From NCBI RefSeq assembly GCF_000284115.1, contig NC_017080.1, forward strand, positions 1,050,001 to 1,082,000: DNA of 32,000 nucleotides, given 5' to 3'. This document shows positions 6,723-15,124 of the stretch, piece after piece. The position numbers and the translations under genes were made by a program. Each line of letters starts with the position of its first letter. Position 1 is the stretch's first letter. The stretch is from Phycisphaera mikurensis NBRC 102666 (GTDB lineage: Bacteria; Planctomycetota; Phycisphaerae; Phycisphaerales; Phycisphaeraceae). The notes beneath the pieces were generated by a model. It was not told where the DNA came from, searched no databases, and saw only the letters and a program-made list of their open reading frames with translations.

Positions 6723-9023
6723 ATGATCGACTACTCCCGATGGACCGCCGCGCTTCTCGTGCCGCTTTCGCTTCTTGTCGGCTGCTCCGCCGCGGAGGCG
6801 CAGCCGGTCCCGCTGCCCGGCTTCGACCTCTCCAAGCCGGACGCCGCGTGGCACTACCACTTCCCGCAGGACGCGATGGCGTTCCGCGAGAGCGGCGGCC
6901 CGGGTGGCGGCGGCTACTACACGGCCACCGAGGGGGGAAACCTCTTCGAGGGCCCGCCGATGGAGCTCCGGAAGAACCGGCGCTACCGCGTATCGGCGAT
7001 GATCCGCTGCGACTTCGACCGCGCCGGCGGCGAGGTCAGCTTCTTCCTCAACGAGTGGACCTCGCCGGGGGAGCACGCCTTCGAGAGCGGCGACCACACG
7101 GTGCAGGTCCTGTACCAGCGGCCGGTGGGGCTGCCCGCCAGGACCCAGGGGTGGGTGCCCTTCGAAGCCGAGTTCGTGACAACGGGGTTCGCGGACACGA
7201 GAGCGTGGCGCTTCGGGATGAACCTCTACGGCACCGTGGGCGAGGGAGACAACCGCTTCGACCTCACCGACCTGCGCGTGGAGCTGCTTCCCGAGGACCC
7301 CGTCGACCCCTTCGGCCGGGGCGAGGGCGTCACCTTCGCCGGCGGCCCGGGGGAGCTGGGGATGCGGATCACCGGGGTGACCCGGGGGGACGATCGGATC
7401 GAGGTCGAGTCGACCGCCGGGCGCTACACGCTCGACCTGGCCGCCGGAACGCTCACGCTCCGGCAGCTCTTGGTCGAGGAGCGCGACGTGGCGGAGGTGG
7501 CGTTCGACGCGAGCCTTGCGGGCATGGAGGTGCTGCGGGAGGACGAGCATGTGGTGGTCCTGGCGAACGAGGACATGACCCTCGGCGTGCAGTGCGACGG
7601 GCTGGTGGCGATGACCGCGCAGCGGGCCGGCGGGGTCGGCGTGACGGTGACCAGCCGCGTCGGCAGCCCGGAGCGCGGCCAGTGGAACCGCATCCGCGAC
7701 GGGCACCTGATTGTCAAGGACCACCTCGGCGGCTTCAGCGTCCACCCGTGGGTCGTGCCCGGCAGCGGCGTCCTGCCGGCCGCCGAGCTGCTCGGCGAGG
7801 TCGATTTCGCAGCGTTTCGCACCGCCTACGGCGGGTCCGGGTCGGACATCTGGCAGATGCGCAGCGACGACCGGCTCAGCCACGAGCGGGCGGGTTGGCG
7901 AGCCCGGTGGCGCGTGAACGCCGGCGAGCGGCTCGGCCTCTGCGTCATGCCCACGCGGCCCTTCGACTGGCCTTCTTCCTTCGAGGACCACTACGAGCTG
8001 ATCGGCCACTGGAACGACACCCCCGAGACGATCCGCGAGAGCCCCGCGTCGATCTTCCTGCTCTGGGAGGACACGCCCCGCGCGTACGCCCTGAGCTGGG
8101 GGCGGATCCGGGCGGGCGACCCCGCCAAGACCCGGCGTCACGTCCGCGAGATCCAAGCGGCGGGCAAGAAGGTCACCAACTACATGAGCGCGTACTTCTA
8201 CGGGACGCGCGACGAAGCCTTCATCGAGGACGTCCGGCACTGGAAGGAGCGGTACGGGATCGACGGCGTCTACTCCGACGGCCTCCCCATCGACTGGGTC
8301 CTCGCGTACGAGCAGGTCCGCCAGATGCGCGAGATCTTCCCCGACGGGATCATCCACCTGCACGTGACCGGCATCTGGGCCAACGGCGGCCCGCCGCTGG
8401 CGACCTCGGACATCTTCTGCCCCTTCGTCGACACCTACGCCGACTCCATCGTGTCGGCCGAGAACCTGCAGGCCGGGCCGACCGCGGCGGACACGGACCC
8501 GAAGGCCTGGGTGTACCCGCGGCTGGTCGGCAGCCGCTTCCGCAGCAGCAACGTGCCGGTGGGGATCGTGAAGGCCAACACGCTGATCGACGTGAGCTTC
8601 TCGGAGATCACGAAGCTGAATCTGCTCGCCGGCGGCCGGGAGTGGGTCGACCAGATCCGGCCTGCGGAGTACGAAGCCGACTACCTGCCGATGCTCGCGG
8701 AGATCCGGCGGGCTTGGGAGGCCGACGGCGAGGACCCGCATTTCTTCGACCGCCACTACCTGCCGCTCGTGCAGCGGCTCACCGGCCTCCGCCACGGCCC
8801 GGCGGCGATGCCGCACGCCGACGAGAAGGATGGCCGCATCCACCTCCGCAGCGTCGATCCCGACGCCAGCGTTCACTACACGCTCGACGGCTCCGAGCCC
8901 ACGGCAGACTCGCCGCACGACCGCCAGCCGATCCGGCTCGGCACCGGCCAGGTGCTGCGGGCCGTCGCCATCGCCCCGGGCCTGGACCCGAGCCGGGTGC
9001 TGACGGTGCCGGCGGACCGGTAG
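6723..9023 (+). CDS. Secreted lipoprotein, uncharacterised glycosidase-like multi-domain protein (paralog A of a 3-member family)
   Basis: 766 aa. Signal peptide with lipobox LLVGC. N-terminal jelly-roll/CBM-like segment (LRKNRRYRVSAMIRCDF). Central VTFAGGPGELGM..LGVQCDGLVAM. TIM-barrel-like segment (LLWEDTP..YGIDGVYSDGLPIDW). LTGLRHGPAAMP. C-terminal CHB_HEX_C-like VHYTLDGSEPTADSP. Collinear with the 19225..21570 and 21615..23888 products. Confidence 0.85.
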   Translation: MIDYSRWTAALLVPLSLLVGCSAAEAQPVPLPGFDLSKPDAAWHYHFPQDAMAFRESGGPGGGGYYTATEGGNLFEGPPMELRKNRRYRVSAMIRCDFDRAGGEVSFFLNEWTSPGEHAFESGDHTVQVLYQRPVGLPARTQGWVPFEAEFVTTGFADTRAWRFGMNLYGTVGEGDNRFDLTDLRVELLPEDPVDPFGRGEGVTFAGGPGELGMRITGVTRGDDRIEVESTAGRYTLDLAAGTLTLRQLLVEERDVAEVAFDASLAGMEVLREDEHVVVLANEDMTLGVQCDGLVAMTAQRAGGVGVTVTSRVGSPERGQWNRIRDGHLIVKDHLGGFSVHPWVVPGSGVLPAAELLGEVDFAAFRTAYGGSGSDIWQMRSDDRLSHERAGWRARWRVNAGERLGLCVMPTRPFDWPSSFEDHYELIGHWNDTPETIRESPASIFLLWEDTPRAYALSWGRIRAGDPAKTRRHVREIQAAGKKVTNYMSAYFYGTRDEAFIEDVRHWKERYGIDGVYSDGLPIDWVLAYEQVRQMREIFPDGIIHLHVTGIWANGGPPLATSDIFCPFVDTYADSIVSAENLQAGPTAADTDPKAWVYPRLVGSRFRSSNVPVGIVKANTLIDVSFSEITKLNLLAGGREWVDQIRPAEYEADYLPMLAEIRRAWEADGEDPHFFDRHYLPLVQRLTGLRHGPAAMPHADEKDGRIHLRSVDPDASVHYTLDGSEPTADSPHDRQPIRLGTGQVLRAVAIAPGLDPSRVLTVPADR

Positions 9024-9049
9024 ACGCGGGCTCGGCCGTGCGGCGGGGC

Positions 9050-9084
9050 CGGCGGCTTCCCGGGCAGGGCCGCCGAAGCGGCCC
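9050..9084. terminator. GC-rich alternative stem-loops in a convergent intergenic gap
   Basis: CGGCGGC-ttcccgggcagg-GCCGCCG (9050..9075) or GGGCCGC-cgaa-GCGGCCC (9067..9084). They lie between the stop at 9023 (+) and the stop at 9122 (-). There is no U-tract. Confidence 0.25.
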
Positions 9085-9121
9085 GACCCGGTCGATGCCG
9101 GCTCGAAGCCCTGAGCGGGTT

Positions 9122-11068
9122 TCAGAATCCGAGCCGACCGGCTGATCGGTCCGGTGTCGCCGCTTCGACGTCGAAGCGTGCGGTCCAGGTGCCGCCGGCC
9201 CACATGGGGAAGTTGGTGCCCCAGAGGTTGTTGTGGACGTTGAACCAGAGGCCCGGCGCCGGTCCGGGAGGCCCGGGCGCCAGGTCCAGCAGCAGGCGCG
9301 GATCCGTCGTGAGTAGGGGCGTGTCCAGCGGGTGCACGCGGAGCGTGCGATCCGGCCAGGCGGCGTCGACCCAAGCGCCAACCGGGTGGAGGCGGCCGCC
9401 GTGCCGCACGACGCCGGCGAGGTCGACGGGCTCGCCGAGGATGTCAACGGTCACCCGCGGCGCCTTCTCGTCGGCCGCGACCAGGCCGATCCACGTCGCC
9501 TCGGGCCAGCGGTTCTCCGGCTTTTCGCGCAGTGTCACGGTGAGCCGGCCGCCGTCGACCGCGAGCTCCACCGCGGCCGGCGGTCGGGCCGCGGGGTGGT
9601 CGCCGCAGCCGAACGCGGCTTCCCCCGCCCGATCGAAGCGGACCTCCCACGCCCGCGCCGGCGCGTCGGCGTCGACGAGCTCCAGGCCCGGCTTGCTGAA
9701 GTCGGCGACGACCCAGGCCTGGTGCCAGTTCCGGTTGTACGCGGCGTTGAAGCGGGCGATGCTCTGGCTGTCGAAGACCTCGTACCGCACCACCACCGCC
9801 AGGCCGAGCGCCTGAAGGTCGATCGCGCCGCCACCCGGTGCCGGCCCATCGTTCAGCCCCTCGGGCAGCAGGGCGGCGGCGGCGTGCAGGTACGCCCGCT
9901 GCTCCTCCCAAGACGCCTCGAAGGAGGAGAAGCGGCGGCTGGGCGCGGGGCCGATCTCCGCGTTCATCGCGGCCAGCTCCGCGGGGACCGCCTCGTCGGG
10001 CACGGCGTCCGCCGCCCGGGCGGCGTCGAAGTCGGCGGGGCGGTAGCTGCGGTAGTCGGCCAGGTGGATCTTCTCGTCCATCCCGCGGGTGTGCTCGGCG
10101 GCGAGCAGCAGCAGCTCGTCGAAAGCCTGTCGGTGGACCGGCGGCACGCGGTCACGCCGCCGCAGCAGACCGCGGTGGCGGGCCAGGTGCGGCGGATCGG
10201 TGGCGACGCCGTGCGACCAGGAATCGCCGATCTCGGCGGTGACCACCGGCAGCGTGCTCCGCTCGCCGCGGAGCATCGCGGCGAGGTCGTCGAGGCCGCC
10301 GGCCGCCAGCTGGGCGTTCGGGAACCGCCGCTGCAGCGCCGCGGCCGCCGCGGCCACGCCGGCGGCGTCGGGGGCGGGCTGGTTGTCGCCCGCGTGGACC
10401 AGCACGAAGGCCTCGCTTCCATCCGCCGAGACCACCTCGCGGGCGTAGTCGTCGGCGTAGACCACGGTGAGCTCCCGGCTTCGGCTGTCTCGCCAGCGGA
10501 AGCGTGCCGGCACCTCGGGCAGCGGCGTGCCGGGGTTGACGCCCAGGTGCAGCAGCTCGATGCCGAACCCGGCGAGCGGGCCCACGAGGCCGCGCGGGTG
10601 GCCGGGGACGTCGGTCATCTTCGCGGCGATCGTGCGGCGGCCGAAGCGCGCGTCCAGCCGGCGGGAGACACCAACGGCGGCCTCCAGCAGCGGGACGTCG
10701 AGCAGGGCGGTGTGGGTGGTGAAGGGCAACGCGTGCCAGACGATGCCGCCGGCGGCGATGGCTTCCTCGAGGCGGCGTCGGTTCGGGTTCGCCATCCCGC
10801 GGGACGGATCGAGCGCCCGCTCGATGAGCCAGGATCCGGTGGTCCAGCACATGGGCAGCACGCCGTCCCGCGTCCGCTCCACGGTGTCCAGCACCGAGGG
10901 AACGAGCCGCTGGAGGTAGTGGTCGACGACGCGGTGTGCGTGGTCGGTGAAGCCGATGTCGAGGTGGGTCTTGAAGCCGACCACGAGGCGCCGGACCGCC
11001 GGGAAGGTGCGGCGGTCGTCCGCGGCGCGCTCGGCCTCGGTGACGAACTGAGCGGTGGAGGCGGTCAT
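9122..11068 (-). CDS. Cytoplasmic GH38-like / DUF5054-like glycoside hydrolase candidate
   Basis: 648 aa with no signal peptide. The N-terminal VVGFKTHLDIGFTD, the later MTDVPGH and the C-terminal NNLWGTNFPMW resemble my recollection of the DUF5054 family (GH38 N-terminal fold). The family call is from memory, not a search. Confidence 0.6.
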   Translation of the reverse strand: MTASTAQFVTEAERAADDRRTFPAVRRLVVGFKTHLDIGFTDHAHRVVDHYLQRLVPSVLDTVERTRDGVLPMCWTTGSWLIERALDPSRGMANPNRRRLEEAIAAGGIVWHALPFTTHTALLDVPLLEAAVGVSRRLDARFGRRTIAAKMTDVPGHPRGLVGPLAGFGIELLHLGVNPGTPLPEVPARFRWRDSRSRELTVVYADDYAREVVSADGSEAFVLVHAGDNQPAPDAAGVAAAAAALQRRFPNAQLAAGGLDDLAAMLRGERSTLPVVTAEIGDSWSHGVATDPPHLARHRGLLRRRDRVPPVHRQAFDELLLLAAEHTRGMDEKIHLADYRSYRPADFDAARAADAVPDEAVPAELAAMNAEIGPAPSRRFSSFEASWEEQRAYLHAAAALLPEGLNDGPAPGGGAIDLQALGLAVVVRYEVFDSQSIARFNAAYNRNWHQAWVVADFSKPGLELVDADAPARAWEVRFDRAGEAAFGCGDHPAARPPAAVELAVDGGRLTVTLREKPENRWPEATWIGLVAADEKAPRVTVDILGEPVDLAGVVRHGGRLHPVGAWVDAAWPDRTLRVHPLDTPLLTTDPRLLLDLAPGPPGPAPGLWFNVHNNLWGTNFPMWAGGTWTARFDVEAATPDRSAGRLGF

Positions 11069-11114
11069 GAGACGGGATCGCGGCGGGAGCCGCCGGGGGA
11101 CATCGCTTAAACGA

Positions 11115-12062
11115 TCAGGCTTCGAGGAGCACCCCGACGTGGGCGGCCACGCCGCCGGCGAGGCCTTCGAGGTCGTAGCCGCCTTCGAGGATCGACACCA
11201 CCTTCCCGCCGCAGAGCCGATCGGCGGCGTCGAGCAGCAGGCGCGTCATCTGCCGGAAGCCGTCGTCGGTCACGCGCATCGGCGCCAGCGGGTCGCGGAC
11301 CGACGCGTCGAAGCCGGCGGCCAGCACCAGCGCCTCGGGCCGGAAGGCTTCCAGCGCGGGGATCACCCGCTCGCGGAACGCGTGGAGGTAGTCGGCGTCG
11401 CCGGCGCCCGGCGGCATGCACACGTTGACGGTCGCGCCCTCTCCGGAACCCTCACCGGTCTCGTGCTCGAAGCCGGTGCCGGGGTACAGGACCGCGGGGT
11501 TGCCGTGGATGCTCAGCGCCAGCACGTCGCCACGCCCGGCCATCAGGTGCTGGGTGCCGTTTCCGTGGTGCACGTCGAAGTCGACCACGGCGACGCGGTC
11601 CAGGCCCAGGTCGGTGGTCAGCAGGTCGGCGGCGAAGGCGGCGTTGGCGTAGAGGCAGTAGCCCATGGATCGGTCGGCCTCGGCGTGGTGGCCCGGCGGG
11701 CGGGTGGCGCAGAAGGCGTTGTTCAGCTCGCCCCGCCCGACCGCCTCGGTCACGCGGAGGATCCCGCCGAGCGCGAGGCGGGCGACGTCGGCGCTGACCC
11801 GGCCGATGCACGAATCGATGTCGTCGATGATCGGCTCGCCTCCGGCGCAGGCGGCGTCGAGCCGGTCGAGGTAGGCCGGCGTGTGCAGCCGCCCGAGCCG
11901 GTGCCGCCCGGCGGTCGCGAAGTACAGCGACTCCGTGCGCTGGGCGAGTCCGTCCGCGCGGAGGCGGTCCATGACCGCCCGCAGTCGGTCAGGCCGCTCC
12001 GGATGCGTCGGGCCGGTGTCGTGCAGGAGCAAGCGGTCGTCGTAGATCAGGCCGGTGCTCAC
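11115..12062 (-). CDS. Histone deacetylase-family (arginase/deacetylase fold) amidohydrolase, AcuC/acetylpolyamine-amidohydrolase-like
   Basis: GTG start at 12062 ((V/M)STGLIYDDRLLLHDTG..HPERPDR). Motifs RPPGHHA, VVDFDVHHGNGTQ, AAGFDA and EGGY. The GTG overlaps the upstream gene's TGA (GTGA at 12059..12062). Confidence 0.9.
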   Translation of the reverse strand: MSTGLIYDDRLLLHDTGPTHPERPDRLRAVMDRLRADGLAQRTESLYFATAGRHRLGRLHTPAYLDRLDAACAGGEPIIDDIDSCIGRVSADVARLALGGILRVTEAVGRGELNNAFCATRPPGHHAEADRSMGYCLYANAAFAADLLTTDLGLDRVAVVDFDVHHGNGTQHLMAGRGDVLALSIHGNPAVLYPGTGFEHETGEGSGEGATVNVCMPPGAGDADYLHAFRERVIPALEAFRPEALVLAAGFDASVRDPLAPMRVTDDGFRQMTRLLLDAADRLCGGKVVSILEGGYDLEGLAGGVAAHVGVLLEA

Positions 12063-13930
12063 CGCGACGCCGTCCGCCGCGGAGCTTCGGCCTCCCAGAG
12101 CCGCGCGGGCCCGTCGGTGAAGTCCCAGGCCTGGGCGTCGTCGAACCAGACCCGCGAGCCCGGCTCGCCGGTCGCCGACAGCAGCAGCACGGCGGAGCTC
12201 ACCTGCTCGGGCGCGGTCACGACGGCGAAGGCGCGCCGCCAGCCCTCGGCGTCGGCCTCCGCCTCGGCCTCGAAGGCGACGCCGACGTCCTCGCCGCCCA
12301 TCTCGAAGGCCTCGCCGGGGTGCCGCCAGCGGATGGTCATCTGCGGGACGGTGTCGCCTTCGGTCTTCACGAAGGCGCGGACCAGCAGCGTGCGCTGCGG
12401 CGTGATCGGCAGGTTCATGCCGAAGCAGCCGCCCCGGGCGATGCCGTCCATCCGCAGCGACGCGTTGTCGCCGCGGCCCACGGCGCGGTCGTGATGGAAG
12501 CTGCCGGGGTCGTCGTCGTACTTCCACGACCACCAGCCGCCGGGCAGGCCGCCGCTGTCCCAGCCCTCGCCGTCGACGGCGGCGGCGCTCTCCGCCGGCT
12601 GCATGTCGTGCGCGCCGATCATCGCTTCGTCGGCGAAGGCACCCTCGATCGCGGGCAGGTGTTCGGCCAGGCGTGCGTGGGGGCTCCTCGCCCAATCCAG
12701 CGCGGCGTCGAAGTGCCGGAACCTCTCGTCCCACCGCGGTTGCGTGATCCGATCTCCGGCGTAGCCCACCGGCCGGTCCGCCTCCGGGCCCGTGGACGCG
12801 CGGTCGAAGAAAACCCCGTCTTCCGCCCAGATCCACACCACGCCGTCGCTGGTGGAGAGGGCGGTCAGCAGGTTGCGGTAGAGCAGGTCGGACGCCGACT
12901 TCCCGAACTTCGAGATGCCGTACTGCGTCCCCTCCTCGTTCAGGTACGCGTCGAGGTATACGCCGTGCGACCCGCGGACGTGCGCGTAGAAGCGCCGTCG
13001 AAGGTCGGGCGTCAGCGCCGCCGCGAGGTTGGCGCGCACCCGGACGGCGTTGCGTGGGAACGACCCCGGCGAGCCGAACATGTAGGCGTGCTCGTTGCCT
13101 TCCCAGACGGTCGTCCGCTCGTGCATGCCGGCGAGCATGCCCTCGAAGAACGCGAGGAACAGGCCGGTGTTGTCGCCGGCGCGGACGGGATCCTCGGCGG
13201 CACCCAGCCCAGGCTTGCAGTAGTCGCTGATCCAGAACATGAAGATCTCGGCGTCCGGCCAGGCTTCGCCCAGCGTGCGGGCCCAGCTCTCGCCGCGCTC
13301 GCGGACCTCCGCCGCGGTGGTGGCGAAGTCCTCGTCGGTGTCGAGCGTGCTGTGCTGCCAGAGGTGCGGGCCGTACTGCTCCGCGTCGAAGTTGATGCCG
13401 CTGGTGTTGCCCGTCGCCCGGCCGAACTCCGCGAGCAGCCGGGTGTTGTGCAGCACGGTGGCCCAGGCGTCGTCATCGAACCAGTCGAAGTTCGCGGGCG
13501 TCACCCACGCCATGAGCTGGTTGTCGGTGAGGTTTCGGAACTCCGCCGACCGCATCGCGGCCAGCGGCTCCTCGAACCACGCCGGGTCCCAGCGGGTCCG
13601 CCCGTCGAAGAGCCGCATGCTGGTGCGGTACTCGCTGCTGAGGTTCTCCCGCTCGTCATCGGGGTCGGGGAACTTGACGTAGTACCCCGTGCCGTCGAGC
13701 CCGCTGCGGTCCATGGCCTCCCAGTGGCGGCCGATGTACCGGGCGTGCGGCGCGTTGTAGCCCAGCTGGACGATGCGCCGATCGGCGCCGCGGACCGCGG
13801 GATAGATCGGGCCCAGCGCGGCCATCTGCGCGTTGCTGACCGGGGCGGGCTCGGCCGGAGCTTGGGCTCCGGCCTGGAGCGGGACGACGCCGAGCATGGC
13901 GTAGAGAAGAAGCTTCAGGCGGTCAGGCAT
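12059..13930 (-). CDS. Secreted uncharacterised protein with a C-terminal jelly-roll/CBM-like domain (family 2, member 1)
   Basis: 623 aa with signal peptide MPDRLKLLLYAMLGVVPLQAGAQA. The N-terminal ~400 aa are collinear with the 24022..25935 product (WVTPANFDWFDDDAWATVLHNTRLLAEF vs WCTAEAGWDWFDDDHWEAALANMRQLAEL; FFEGMLAGMHERTTVWEGNEHAY vs FLAGMLSEAHEGLEVFDGNEPAY). The C-terminal ~170 aa look like a galactose-binding-like beta-sandwich. Confidence 0.85.
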   Translation of the reverse strand: MPDRLKLLLYAMLGVVPLQAGAQAPAEPAPVSNAQMAALGPIYPAVRGADRRIVQLGYNAPHARYIGRHWEAMDRSGLDGTGYYVKFPDPDDERENLSSEYRTSMRLFDGRTRWDPAWFEEPLAAMRSAEFRNLTDNQLMAWVTPANFDWFDDDAWATVLHNTRLLAEFGRATGNTSGINFDAEQYGPHLWQHSTLDTDEDFATTAAEVRERGESWARTLGEAWPDAEIFMFWISDYCKPGLGAAEDPVRAGDNTGLFLAFFEGMLAGMHERTTVWEGNEHAYMFGSPGSFPRNAVRVRANLAAALTPDLRRRFYAHVRGSHGVYLDAYLNEEGTQYGISKFGKSASDLLYRNLLTALSTSDGVVWIWAEDGVFFDRASTGPEADRPVGYAGDRITQPRWDERFRHFDAALDWARSPHARLAEHLPAIEGAFADEAMIGAHDMQPAESAAAVDGEGWDSGGLPGGWWSWKYDDDPGSFHHDRAVGRGDNASLRMDGIARGGCFGMNLPITPQRTLLVRAFVKTEGDTVPQMTIRWRHPGEAFEMGGEDVGVAFEAEAEADAEGWRRAFAVVTAPEQVSSAVLLLSATGEPGSRVWFDDAQAWDFTDGPARLWEAEAPRRTASR

Positions 13931-14059
13931 CGGATGGGTTCCGCTGGATGGGCGTGGGGTGACGGAAGGATCGGTGGTCGGAGCAGGCGCCGCCGCGGCC
14001 GCGTCTTCGGATTTCCGGGGAAGGCTCCGAGGCTCGCGGGCGAGAGGCGGGGCGGCGGG

Positions 14060-15124
14060 TCATGGGCGGGCTTCGCGGCGAGCGAGCGTGACCCTTGATC
14101 CGGTGCGGATGCTCTCCGCCTCCGCCTCCACGAGTCGGACGGAGGCGGCGGCGTCGCGGAGCGTGACGCGGTCGGCGGGCCTCCCGCGGCGGATGCAGTC
14201 CAAGAAGTAGCGAAGCTGCGGGCCGTAGCCCGTTCCGCCATCGACCGCCGGGATCGGTGCGGCGCTCGCACCATCCCGGGTGATGCACCGGAAGGCGGGA
14301 TCACGCCCCAGGTCGAAGTCGAGGGTCGCGTGCTCCAGGTTGACGCAGTAGCGCATCTCAAAGCCGAAGCCCGACGCCATGGACCAGCACCCCTCGGCGA
14401 TCACCACCGGCCCGCCCGCGTAGTGGTATCGGGTCGTGACGTGATCGATCTCGTCGGTGTCGCGGGCGTAGCCGACGCTCTCCACCGCGTCCGGCTCGCC
14501 GAAGGTCCACCGGACGAAGTCGGCGTCGTGCACGTGGAGATCGAGCAGCGCCCCGCCGTTCGCGGATCCGTCGGCGTAGAAGGGGCCTTGGGGGTGTGAG
14601 GTGACCCGCCGGAAGGTGGCGGCCAGGACGCGGCCATACCGGCCGTCCCGCACCGCCTGCCGCAGCTCGACCCATCCGGGCCAGAAGCGCATGCACATGC
14701 CGGCCATGGACCGCGTCGGCGACCGATCCGCGGCGTCGGCCATGCGGTCGGCGGCCGCGGCGTCGCGGGCGAGCGGCTTCTCGATCAGCACGTGCCGCCC
14801 GGCGGCCATTGCCGCAAGCCCGAAGCGCTCGTGCAGCGGCGTGGGGAGGCAGATGTCGGTGACGTCGAGGTCCGCCTCCGAGATCAGCTCGTCGGCGTCT
14901 ACGTACCGCGCGGCGTCGGCCGGGACGACGCCGCCGCCCTGACCCTCGATGTTGCCGCCACCCCCTCCGCCCCCACCATCTCCGGCACGGCAGGACAGCC
15001 GCCGCGGGTCCCGGTCGGCCACCGCGGCCACGACGGCATCCGGGTACGCGCTGTAGGCCTGCAGGTGGGTCAGACCCATCGAGCCGAGGCCGACGACGCC
15101 GATCCGCAGGGGGCGATCGCTCAT
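14060..15124 (-). CDS. Gfo/Idh/MocA-family NAD(P)-dependent oxidoreductase
   Basis: Start at ATG 15124 (MSDRPLRIGVVGLGSMG), overlapping the upstream TGA (ATGA at 15121..15124). It has the EKPLA motif and a C-terminal alpha/beta domain. It also has an unusual Gly-rich insert, AGDGGGGGGGGNIEGQGGG. Confidence 0.9.
   Translation of the reverse strand: MSDRPLRIGVVGLGSMGLTHLQAYSAYPDAVVAAVADRDPRRLSCRAGDGGGGGGGGNIEGQGGGVVPADAARYVDADELISEADLDVTDICLPTPLHERFGLAAMAAGRHVLIEKPLARDAAAADRMADAADRSPTRSMAGMCMRFWPGWVELRQAVRDGRYGRVLAATFRRVTSHPQGPFYADGSANGGALLDLHVHDADFVRWTFGEPDAVESVGYARDTDEIDHVTTRYHYAGGPVVIAEGCWSMASGFGFEMRYCVNLEHATLDFDLGRDPAFRCITRDGASAAPIPAVDGGTGYGPQLRYFLDCIRRGRPADRVTLRDAAASVRLVEAEAESIRTGSRVTLARREARP

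Noticed and set aside
6380-9374. Long ORFs 6380..9145 (+, 921 aa) and 6408..9374 (-, 988 aa)
   Set aside because: They overlap the 6723..9023 lipoprotein gene, whose frame alone shows paralogy to two other genes in the window. The alternatives are R/P/G-rich shadow frames.
12063-12836. Upstream extension of ORF 11115..12836 (HDAC-like)
   Set aside because: It overlaps the 12059..13930 gene out of frame. HDAC-family similarity starts at TGLIYDD, immediately after the in-frame GTG at 12062.
13788-13800. Isolated occurrences of the hairpin-arm sequence (ccgcggaccgcgg at 13788..13800; cggtccgcgg at 21053..21062; near-matches at 11293, 12972, 18646 and 31188)
   Set aside because: None has a complementary partner arm within 20-40 nt and all lie inside coding sequence. 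I treat them as background occurrences of a CCGCGG-rich composition, not as copies of the 46-nt element.
13932-13952. Direct repeat GGATGGG-N7-GGATGGG immediately upstream of the 13930 start (minus-strand sense CCCATCC..CCCATCC)
   Set aside because: It is a short 7-mer repeated once with no supporting copies elsewhere in the window. This is not enough to call a regulatory site.
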